Source: Candidatus Lustribacter sp. (GTDB lineage Bacteria > Vulcanimicrobiota > Vulcanimicrobiia > Vulcanimicrobiales > Vulcanimicrobiaceae). From it: 64,000 bases of DNA. The notes under the pieces are model-generated. The model saw only the letters and a list, made by a program, of their open reading frames with translations, was not told the DNA's origin and did no database searches. Numbering within the stretch: the stretch's first letter is position 1; each line of letters begins with the position of its first letter. Shown piece by piece: positions 56,424 to 64,000 of this stretch. Where the stretch lies: the NCBI GenBank assembly GCA_965277805.1, contig OZ255842.1:2272001-2336000 (forward strand), given 5' to 3'. The position numbers and the translations under genes are program-made.

Positions 56424-57358
56424 GCCTTCCAGATCAGCTCGCTCGCCGGGAAGCCTTCATCGAGGAACTTGTACTTCGCGGCGAAGTCAATCGTCGGCTG
56501 CAGTTCCGCCGGCACCGTGGTCTCGGCGTACACCGAGCGCACCATGTGCGCGAGCGTATCGGGATCGACCTTGGCGTACTTCTCGAGGATCACGGCGCTC
56601 TTGGCGTGATTGGCGTTGCCCCACGCCGCCGCTTCGCGAATGGCTGCGGCGAAGCGCGTCACCGTGTCGACGTTCGCCGCCGCCCACTGCTTGCTCGTGA
56701 AATACGCAGCGCCGAGGAACCGCTTCGCGATCGCCTCGTACGGACGTCCGATCAGCTTCGTCGAATCGCGCAGCGCGGTCGCATAGGGTTCCACGATGAA
56801 GGCGGCGTCGATGCGCCCCGCTTTCATGGCATCGCCGCACGCGATGTAGGGAATCTCGACCCATTTGACTTTCGCCGGGTCGCCGCCGTGCTGCTGCACC
56901 CACGCGTTGGTCGCGGTATCGCCGAGGTTCTTGAGCGGCGAGGTGCCGATGATCTTTCCTTGCAGATCGAGCGGCCCGCGGATGGGCGAGTCTTTAGGCG
57001 CGAGCAGGTAGTTGTTCGGCCAGCGCGAGTCGTTGACGGCCGCCGGCGCGACGATCGTGATCGGCAGTCCCTTGCGAAACGCCTGTTCGATCGCGAGGAT
57101 GTTCGTGTAGGCGATATCGACCGAGTTCGACACCACCGACGGCACCGCGAGCGAGTTGTCGTTCGGCGTCGTGATGTCCACGTCGAGGCCGTGCTTCTCG
57201 AAGATCCCGAGTTCGCGCGCGTAATACAGCGCTCCCGATTGGTCGAGCGCAGTTGCGACCGCACGTACTTTCGTCGGCGATTGCGCGCGAACGGGACGCG
57301 CGCCCGCGGCGGCAACGATGCCCCCGGCAAGAAGACATACTGCATTACGGCGATTCAC
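56420..57358 (-). CDS. ABC substrate-binding protein, NitT/TauT family
   Basis: NRRNAV leader; GIFEKHGL; GRIDAAFIVEPY; LQPTIDFAAKY. Confidence 0.88.
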   Translation of the reverse strand: MNRRNAVCLLAGGIVAAAGARPVRAQSPTKVRAVATALDQSGALYYARELGIFEKHGLDVDITTPNDNSLAVPSVVSNSVDIAYTNILAIEQAFRKGLPITIVAPAAVNDSRWPNNYLLAPKDSPIRGPLDLQGKIIGTSPLKNLGDTATNAWVQQHGGDPAKVKWVEIPYIACGDAMKAGRIDAAFIVEPYATALRDSTKLIGRPYEAIAKRFLGAAYFTSKQWAAANVDTVTRFAAAIREAAAWGNANHAKSAVILEKYAKVDPDTLAHMVRSVYAETTVPAELQPTIDFAAKYKFLDEGFPASELIWKA

Positions 57359-59049
57359 GATTTTCCTCCATATCCATAATCACGTTGGGCTGCATCGGCG
57401 GTGACGTAGCCGAATTCCAGATCGCGTTCGATTTCTGCCTGCGGCCGGTCGCCGGGTTTCCCGTAACCCCCGCCGCCGCCGGTTTCGACCACGACCACGT
57501 CACCGGGTTCGAGGGCGAAATGTTCGGACTTGTAGACCACTTCAGGTTCACCCGTACCGCCTTTATAGACGCGTACGATGCCGGGCTGCGCGGTGCCGCC
57601 GCCGTGCACGCCCCACGGCGGGCACACGTGGCGCTCGAAGTTGAGCGAGAGCCGGCAGTTGCCGAGAATGCGGTAGCGCTTGCGGAATCCGAGCCCGCCG
57701 CGATAACGCCCCGCACCGGCGGAATCCTCGCGCAGCGAGAACGACTCGAGCCGGTAGGGATACATCGACTCTTGCAGCTCGACCGGAATGATGCGCGAGT
57801 CGCCGTGCGCCATGGTCCGGAAGGGACCCGAGCCGTCGGCGCGCGCCGAGGCGCCCCAGCCGCCGTGACCGCTGTCATAGCATTGAAACGGCGTTCCGTC
57901 GGGAAACGTGCCGATGAAGCGCACCGACGAGTAAGAACCGAAGTGAGCGCCCGTCACGGCCTCGGGCATCGCGTGCTCGAGCGCCTTGATGAACGTATCG
58001 ACGATCGTTGGAAACGGGAAGCCGTAGTTGCCCATCGCCGCGCGCGGCGAGGCGCTCACGAGCGTCCCGGGCGGCAGGATCAGCTTGAGCGGACGATACG
58101 TGCCGGCGTTGGCCGGCTCGTCGGTGGCGATCAGGTACTTGAACGCGATGCGCGCGGTCGTCAGCCCGCCGCCGTGGTGCCCCGAATTGATCGAGCTGCG
58201 CACTTGCGGCGGCATGTCGGAGTAGTCGACCGTCATCTCATCGCCTTCGACGATGACGCGCACCTTGATCGGAATCGGCTCGTTCCCGATGCCGTCGTCG
58301 TCGAGCGCGGATTCCGCCTCATAGACACCGTCGGGAATCGCGCGGATCTTCGCTCGCGCGGCCGCCTCGCAGCGATCGAGAATAATGCCGACCGCCGCGA
58401 TGAAGGTCTCGGTGCCGTACTTGCGCGCCAGGCCCGCCATTAGGTCGCGGCCTTGCAGACAGCCGGCCAGCTGCGCCTCGATGTCGCCCATCAGCTCGGT
58501 CGGGAAACGCGAGTTGTTTTCGATGATGCGGTAGACGTCGTCGACCTTCACGCCCTTCGACCACATGCGGACCGAACGCAGCTGCAGGCCCTCCATGAAG
58601 ATGTCGGTCGAGTCCTTGGAGATCGAACCGACAGCTCCGCCGCCGATGTCCATCCAGTGCACGTTGATCGCGAAGTACCCGATGCGCGTGCCGTCGACGT
58701 CGACCGGCGTGTACATCACGGTGTTGTTGAGGTGCTGCCCTTGAACGGCGGCGGCATTGCACACGATCACATCGCCCGTGAAGATGCCGTCTTGGCCGTA
58801 GAGACCGATGGCGTCGCGCACGGCCGCGCCGACGGAGTCGGCAACGAAGATCGGCATCCCGCCGACCGATTGCGCGATCAGATCGCCTTCCGGACCGACG
58901 AATCCCACCGCGTAGTCGCGATATTCGTAGATGTAGGGGCTGAACGCGGTGCGCGTGATGTTGGCGTCGATTTGGTTCGTGATCGACTTGAGCCCGTGCC
59001 GGATCACTTCGAGGGTAATCGGATCGACAGCCGGCTGGGTTGCGATCAT
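57355..59049 (-). CDS. Hydantoinase B/oxoprolinase family protein (no gamma fusion)
   Basis: VDPITLEVI, RTAFSPYIYE, GQHLNN, HWMDIGG, GAGRYRGG, ETGGGGGYG; ATGA overlap. Confidence 0.92.
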   Translation of the reverse strand: MIATQPAVDPITLEVIRHGLKSITNQIDANITRTAFSPYIYEYRDYAVGFVGPEGDLIAQSVGGMPIFVADSVGAAVRDAIGLYGQDGIFTGDVIVCNAAAVQGQHLNNTVMYTPVDVDGTRIGYFAINVHWMDIGGGAVGSISKDSTDIFMEGLQLRSVRMWSKGVKVDDVYRIIENNSRFPTELMGDIEAQLAGCLQGRDLMAGLARKYGTETFIAAVGIILDRCEAAARAKIRAIPDGVYEAESALDDDGIGNEPIPIKVRVIVEGDEMTVDYSDMPPQVRSSINSGHHGGGLTTARIAFKYLIATDEPANAGTYRPLKLILPPGTLVSASPRAAMGNYGFPFPTIVDTFIKALEHAMPEAVTGAHFGSYSSVRFIGTFPDGTPFQCYDSGHGGWGASARADGSGPFRTMAHGDSRIIPVELQESMYPYRLESFSLREDSAGAGRYRGGLGFRKRYRILGNCRLSLNFERHVCPPWGVHGGGTAQPGIVRVYKGGTGEPEVVYKSEHFALEPGDVVVVETGGGGGYGKPGDRPQAEIERDLEFGYVTADAAQRDYGYGGKS

Positions 59050-61100
59050 ACGGCCTCCTTGATGTTGCAATCGATGCGGATTTCTTGCAGTTTGCCGATC
59101 GTGAAGCGGTCGCCGGGCCAGATCACCGTGGTCGAGCCGTACTCTTCGAGCACTGCCGGGCCGTCGGCGCTGAAGCCGATCTCGAGCGCGTAACGATCGT
59201 ACACCGTCGCGTCGAGCAAACCGAAATGGCGGCCGTACGCGATCTTGCGGATCGAGGGCGCGCGGCCGCCGCCGCTGTGGCGCGGCAACCGGCTGATGTC
59301 GGGCCGTTCGAGCCGTGCGAAGGCCGACACGTGCAAGGCTTGCACCTCGGCCGGCAGGTGCGGATCGGCGTGACCGTAGCGCCGACGGTAATCGTCGTCG
59401 AACGCGGTGCGCATGGCCGCCATTCCGGCATCCGCCGCAACTGAAACCTTCACGTTGTGGCGCTGACCGACGTAGCGCATTTCGATCATGCGCTCGAAGC
59501 GGATCTCGGCTTCGCCGAACTCGGCTTTGAGGGCGGCCGCCGCTTGCGTTTCCATGCTGGTGAACTCACCGTTGATCTCCGCCACGCTCTCGGCGACGAA
59601 CGGAGCCACCAGCGTTTCGGTATCGTCGAGACGCGCTTCGGCCAGCAGCATCCCGGTCGCCGAGAACGTTCCCGGCTCGGGCGGAATGATGACCGTCGGA
59701 ATCGACAGCTCGCGCGCCAGCGCCGAGCCGTGCAGCGGGCCGCCGCCGCCGTACGCGAAGAGCACGAAGTCGCGCGGATCGCGCCCGTGCTCGACGGACA
59801 CTTGGCGCACGGCACCGGCCATCGTCACGGTTGCGATCTCGATGATGCCGTCGGCCAGTTCCAGCAGCGAAGCCTCACCGTAGCCCAGCGGCGCGCCGAG
59901 TTCTTTGAACGCGGTCTTGACGGCGTTTACGTCGAGCGCGAGTTCGCCGCCCAGAAAGCGGTCGGCGGCGATGCGCCCCAAGAGCAGGTTGGCGTCGGTC
60001 ACGGTCGGTTCGGTGCCGCCGCGGCCGTAACACACCGGACCCGGCGTGCTGCCGGCGCTGCGCGGACCGACGTGCAGGCGCTCTTGCGCGTCGAGCCAGG
60101 CGATCGAGCCGCCGCCCGAACCAACCTCGACGATGTCGACCACCGGCGATTTGATCGGGAAACCCTTGACGTACCCGGCCGCATAGTAGACGGATTCCAC
60201 CGCAAACCGGCCGTTCTCGACGAGCGCGCACTTCGCGGTGGTGCCGCCCATATCGAACGCGATCGCATGTTCGATGCCGAGCGCTTCGGCATAGGCGCCG
60301 GCGCCGATGCAGCCGCCGATCGGGCCCGATTCCACCAGCACAATCGGCTGGCGGCACGTGCGTTCGACCGAGAGGACGCCGCCGTTCGAACCCATGAGGT
60401 ACAAGGTACCGCCGAAGCCGCGGCCGTGCAGTTTGTCTTCGAGGCCGCGCACGTACGAGTTGACGTCGGGGCCCACGAAGGCGTTCGCGGCGACCGTCGC
60501 CGTGCGTTCGTATTCGTACCACTCGCGCGAGAGATCGACGCTGTTCGTGATGAACACGCCGGGTAGCTCCGCCCGCAGCACTTCCACCGCTTGCAGTTCG
60601 TGGGCCGGATTCACGTAGGCGTGCAGAAAGCACACCGCCACGGCATCGATCTTCTGCTCGCGAAACGTCGCGGCCAGCGCTTCGAGGCCGGCCACGTCGA
60701 GCGGCACGATCACCTCGCCCTTGGCATCGATGCGTTCGTCGGCTTCGAAGCGGCGATTGCGCGGAATGAGCGGCTCGTCGCGCTTGAAGTAGAGGTCGAA
60801 CGGATCGGGACGGTTGCCGCGCGCGATCTCGAGCACGTCGCGGAAGCCCTTGGTGGTTACCAGCGCAGCCCGCGCGCCCTTGCGCTGGATTAGCGCGTTG
60901 ATCACAAGCGTCGTACCGTGATTGATCAGGGCAACGTCGCGCGGCTCCAGGTCGACCTTGCCGAAGCAGTCGAGGATGCCGGTTCCGAAGTCCCCGTAGG
61001 TTGTCGGACTCTTCGTATAAATGACCCGGTCGGATCCGCGGTCGAACGCCACGAGGTCGGTGAAGGTTCCGCCGATATCGACGGCCACGACGTATTCCAA
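59046..61100 (-). CDS. Hydantoinase A/oxoprolinase ATP-binding subunit (third, divergent)
   Basis: DIGGTFTD, HGTT, EYERT, ESGPIGG, DMGGTTAK, GPRSAGSTPGPVCYG, AYGGGGPLH; TTG start. Confidence 0.92.
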   Translation of the reverse strand: MEYVVAVDIGGTFTDLVAFDRGSDRVIYTKSPTTYGDFGTGILDCFGKVDLEPRDVALINHGTTLVINALIQRKGARAALVTTKGFRDVLEIARGNRPDPFDLYFKRDEPLIPRNRRFEADERIDAKGEVIVPLDVAGLEALAATFREQKIDAVAVCFLHAYVNPAHELQAVEVLRAELPGVFITNSVDLSREWYEYERTATVAANAFVGPDVNSYVRGLEDKLHGRGFGGTLYLMGSNGGVLSVERTCRQPIVLVESGPIGGCIGAGAYAEALGIEHAIAFDMGGTTAKCALVENGRFAVESVYYAAGYVKGFPIKSPVVDIVEVGSGGGSIAWLDAQERLHVGPRSAGSTPGPVCYGRGGTEPTVTDANLLLGRIAADRFLGGELALDVNAVKTAFKELGAPLGYGEASLLELADGIIEIATVTMAGAVRQVSVEHGRDPRDFVLFAYGGGGPLHGSALARELSIPTVIIPPEPGTFSATGMLLAEARLDDTETLVAPFVAESVAEINGEFTSMETQAAAALKAEFGEAEIRFERMIEMRYVGQRHNVKVSVAADAGMAAMRTAFDDDYRRRYGHADPHLPAEVQALHVSAFARLERPDISRLPRHSGGGRAPSIRKIAYGRHFGLLDATVYDRYALEIGFSADGPAVLEEYGSTTVIWPGDRFTIGKLQEIRIDCNIKEAV

Positions 61101-61138
61101 AGCGATCCCCTTCGCCGCCAGGAATTGGCGGCATATAC

Positions 61139-61164
61139 ATTACAATACAATATCGTAACGTAAT
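61139..61164. promoter_or_regulatory. Imperfect palindrome ATTACAATACAATATCGTAACGTAAT, candidate TetR operator
   Basis: 10 of 13 symmetric positions pair; lies between the divergent hyuA-like and flavin reductase-tetR operons. Confidence 0.55.
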
Positions 61165-61188
61165 TACCTGCCCCCCGGAGGTGCCCCT

Positions 61189-61824
61189 GTGAAAATAGTA
61201 CAGCGCAAAGAATGGTGGGACCGGTTGTTCGCCCCGTCCTCGGCCCTAGCCATCATCACCACGGTCGACGAGGCCGGAGCCGTGAACGCGGCCGCCTTCG
61301 GAACCTGTACGCGGGTGCACCACAACCCGGTGGACATCGCGTTTACGTGCCGCCCGGAGAAGGATACCACTAAAAACGTGCTCGCAACGGGTGAGTTCGT
61401 CGTCAATCTCCCGCGCTTTGAAGAGGCCTCGCTCGAAGCGGTACGCGTCGTCGGCCTGCCGTTTGCGCGCGGCGTGAACGAGCTCGAACGCGCCGGCCTG
61501 CACGCCCTGCCCGCGCTCGAACTACAGCCGCCGCGCATTGTGGAGTGCACGCGGCACTTCGAGTGCAAGGTCGAATGGACGCACGAGTGGTCGGACCGCG
61601 TCATGATCGTCGGACGCTGCGTCGCAGCGTCGACCGACGAGGACTGCGTCGATGAGGAAGGGTACGTCCGCTTTGACAACGCGCGGCCGGCGCACTTCGC
61701 CGGTGCATCGTACAATTATTTCGTCGCGGCCTACGAGGTAATGAAGGTTCGTCAGCCTTACGAGGGTCCGGAAGTCGAGGAATACGATGCGTTCGAACGC
61801 GCGATCTACTCCCACCCCTCCTAA
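61189..61824 (+). CDS. Flavin reductase-like (DIM6/NtaB family) protein
   Basis: IITTVDEAGAVNAAAF, KDTTKNVLATGEFVVNL, PPRIVEC, FECK. Confidence 0.85.
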   Translation: MKIVQRKEWWDRLFAPSSALAIITTVDEAGAVNAAAFGTCTRVHHNPVDIAFTCRPEKDTTKNVLATGEFVVNLPRFEEASLEAVRVVGLPFARGVNELERAGLHALPALELQPPRIVECTRHFECKVEWTHEWSDRVMIVGRCVAASTDEDCVDEEGYVRFDNARPAHFAGASYNYFVAAYEVMKVRQPYEGPEVEEYDAFERAIYSHPS

Positions 61825-62407
61825 GCCACGCCGCAAAGCCGGACGGCCGCGCGATCCCGACGTTCACGATGCAATTCTGCGCGCCACCGCCGAGCTGATC
61901 GGCGAGAGCGGCTACGCCAACCTCAGCATCGAGGGCGTCGCGCAGCGCGCCGATGTCGGACGACCCTCAATCTACCGGCGCTGGCCGTCCAAACTGCACC
62001 TGGTCGAAGAGCTGATGAGCGCGGTGAGTGCGAGCGCGCCGCTGCCCGACACCGGTTCGCTGCGCGGCGATTTGCTCGCGCTCTATCGACTCTACGCGCG
62101 CACGCTGGATACGCCGGGCGGCCCGATCATTCCGGGACTCGTCGCCGAGGCGATGCACGATCTCGAACTCTCCGCGATCATCCAGCGCTACGTTGACGGG
62201 CGCCGCGCCGTTGCGCTGGGCGTGTTCGAGCGCGCGGTAGCGCGCGGCGAGATGCGTCCCGACGTCGATGCGGGAATGCTGATCGACTTCATCTCGGGCT
62301 TCTTCTGGTATCGCAAGCTGATCCGTCGCGCGCGCGTCCGAGCTGACGCGGCCGATCACTTCGTCGACGTCGTGCTGGCCGGCATCGCCGCCCGGAAGAA
62401 CCCTTGA
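61787..62407 (+). CDS. TetR/AcrR family regulator
   Basis: GRPRD, AILRATAELI, IEGVAQRADVGRPSIYRRWPSK, PDTGSLRGDL; GAGG SD. Confidence 0.92.
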   Translation: MRSNARSTPTPPKPRRKAGRPRDPDVHDAILRATAELIGESGYANLSIEGVAQRADVGRPSIYRRWPSKLHLVEELMSAVSASAPLPDTGSLRGDLLALYRLYARTLDTPGGPIIPGLVAEAMHDLELSAIIQRYVDGRRAVALGVFERAVARGEMRPDVDAGMLIDFISGFFWYRKLIRRARVRADAADHFVDVVLAGIAARKNP

Positions 62408-62443
62408 CGCAACGTCGCCCTTGAAGTTAAAATCTTATTTCGT
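62404..62443 (+). promoter_or_regulatory. Promoter TTGACG-N18-TAAAAT with motif TTAAAATCTTATTTCGT (62427-62443)
   Basis: -35 at 62404-62409, -10 at 62428-62433; the motif ends immediately before ATG 62444. Confidence 0.7.
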
Positions 62444-63280
62444 ATGACGTTCGCCCCGGCTTCCGCGGCAACTGAGTCAAAGGCCCAGGTGCCTTCCTTT
62501 TTGTTGCCGCGGCTGTGGACGTCGCCGGCATTCGTTTATGGAGCGGCCTCGGTCATCGTCGGACTGCTCTTGTGGGAAGGCATCTACCGCTTCTTCCACG
62601 TGAGCCCGCTCGTGCTCGCGCCGCCGAGTGCGGTCGCCGCCGAATTCGTGAAATTGTCCGCGCAGGGCACGCTCTGGAACGACATCGTCGTCAGCTCGAA
62701 GCAGTTTTTCCTCGGTTATATTCTGTCATCGGTTTTGGCGATCGGGCTCGGGCTGCTCCTCGGCATCAACGCTCGTTTCCGGTATATTGCCAACCCCTGG
62801 GTGCAAGCGCTCTACGCGACGCCGACCGTTTCGCTGGCACCGGTCTTCATCATTTGGCTCGGCTTCGGTCTTGTGTCGAAGGCGATGATCGTTGGCCTTT
62901 TGGTGTTCTTTCCGGTGCTCATCAACACCACCGAAGGCGTGCGCATGCTCGATTGGCACTACGTGGACGTGGCAGCCGCGTTCGGCAGCAACCGCCAGGA
63001 GTTTTTTTGGAAGGTCGTGCTGCCCGCAACCCAGCCGCACATCTTCACCGGCCTACGCCTCGCCGTAGCGCGCGGCATCATCGGTCTCGTCGTCGGCGAT
63101 CTCTTCGGTTCGACCGAAGGCCTCGGCTACCTGATCCTCAACGCCTCGCAAGTTTTCAACACGACGATCCTGTTCGTCGGCACGGTCGTACTTGCAGCGG
63201 GCGGCGTGTTACTGACCGAACTCCTGACCGTGATCGAACGCCTTGTGAGCCCGTGGTCGCGAGTCAACCATGAGCGCTAA
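62444..63280 (+). CDS. ABC permease, NitT/TauT family
   Basis: LAPPSAV, PTVSLAPVFIIWLG, FFPVLINT, LPATQPHIFTGLRLA. Confidence 0.92.
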   Translation: MTFAPASAATESKAQVPSFLLPRLWTSPAFVYGAASVIVGLLLWEGIYRFFHVSPLVLAPPSAVAAEFVKLSAQGTLWNDIVVSSKQFFLGYILSSVLAIGLGLLLGINARFRYIANPWVQALYATPTVSLAPVFIIWLGFGLVSKAMIVGLLVFFPVLINTTEGVRMLDWHYVDVAAAFGSNRQEFFWKVVLPATQPHIFTGLRLAVARGIIGLVVGDLFGSTEGLGYLILNASQVFNTTILFVGTVVLAAGGVLLTELLTVIERLVSPWSRVNHER

Positions 63281-64000
63281 GCCGGCTCTGCTCACGTTCG
63301 CGTCGATTCGTAAGGAATTTCCGTTGCCCGCGGCCGGCTCGGTGGTGCTGGCGATCGAAAACGTTTCGTTCGAATTGCGCGCCGGGGAGTTCATCAGCGT
63401 CGTCGGACCATCGGGTTGCGGCAAGACCACGCTGCTGCGCATGGCGGCCGGCATGACGCAGCCGACCACGGGCACCCTGACGTTCGCCGGCGCCGAAAAG
63501 CGCGGGAGCACGGGCTTCGTCTTTCAGCATGCCAGTTTGTTTCCGTGGCGGACGGTCGAGCAGAACGTCTCCTACGGACTCGAACTGACGCAAAACCGCA
63601 GGCACGCCAACCTCTCACAATCGGCGAAGCAGTCGCGCGTGAACGAACTGCTGAATCTCGTCGGCCTCTCCGAGTTTGCCAAATTCTATCCGCCCGAAAT
63701 TTCCGGCGGCATGCAGCAGCGCTGCAACCTCGCCCGCGCCCTGGCAATCCAGCCGCAGCTGCTGTTGATGGACGAGCCGTTTAGCGCGCTCGACGCCCAA
63801 ACGCGGGAGGAACTGCAACTCGAACTGACGCGCATCGCCAGCGCCTTGGGAACGACGGTGCTCTTCATCACGCACGATATCCGCGAAGCGGCGTTCTTAT
63901 CCGACCGCGTCGTCGTATTATCGCACCGCCCCTCGCACGTGGTCGAGATCGTCGACGTTCCGACGCCCCGGCCGCGCGCGTTCGACTACCAAGTGAGCGC
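63270..64000 (+). CDS. ABC ATPase, NitT/TauT family (3' end outside window)
   Basis: My translation from ATG 63270: [52 protein letters not shown]. Confidence 0.9.
   Translation, partial: MSAKPALLTFASIRKEFPLPAAGSVVLAIENVSFELRAGEFISVVGPSGCGKTTLLRMAAGMTQPTTGTLTFAGAEKRGSTGFVFQHASLFPWRTVEQNVSYGLELTQNRRHANLSQSAKQSRVNELLNLVGLSEFAKFYPPEISGGMQQRCNLARALAIQPQLLLMDEPFSALDAQTREELQLELTRIASALGTTVLFITHDIREAAFLSDRVVVLSHRPSHVVEIVDVPTPRPRAFDYQVS

Noticed and set aside
1-64000. Taxonomic assignment (the SBP style is reminiscent of Eremiobacterota/Vulcanimicrobiota)
   Set aside because: No marker gene in the window, so it is only an impression

Overview
GC-rich bacterial DNA, almost fully coding (about 62 CDS, two truncated at the window edges). 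It forms one large catabolic and transport region. No rRNA, tRNA, CRISPR array, transposase or integrase was seen. Enzymes: three hydantoinase/oxoprolinase A/B sets (two B subunits end in a CxC...CxxC domain like the acetone carboxylase gamma subunit), two Rieske oxygenases, two Rieske ferredoxins, LigB-, VOC- and cupin-type dioxygenase candidates, amidohydrolases, alpha/beta hydrolases, three 4,5-dihydroxyphthalate-decarboxylase-like proteins (one frameshifted), and a dihydroorotate-dehydrogenase paralogue with a remodelled active site. Transport and regulation: about 14 ABC solute-binding proteins for only three membrane modules, plus IclR x2, GntR and TetR regulators. A shared 17-bp AT-rich motif (TTAAAA-N4-ATTTCGT-like) occurs at seven promoter sites, suggesting one regulon. 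The content fits breakdown of aromatic or N-heterocyclic compounds, but no substrate can be assigned from sequence alone. All product calls come from motif recognition, not database searches.
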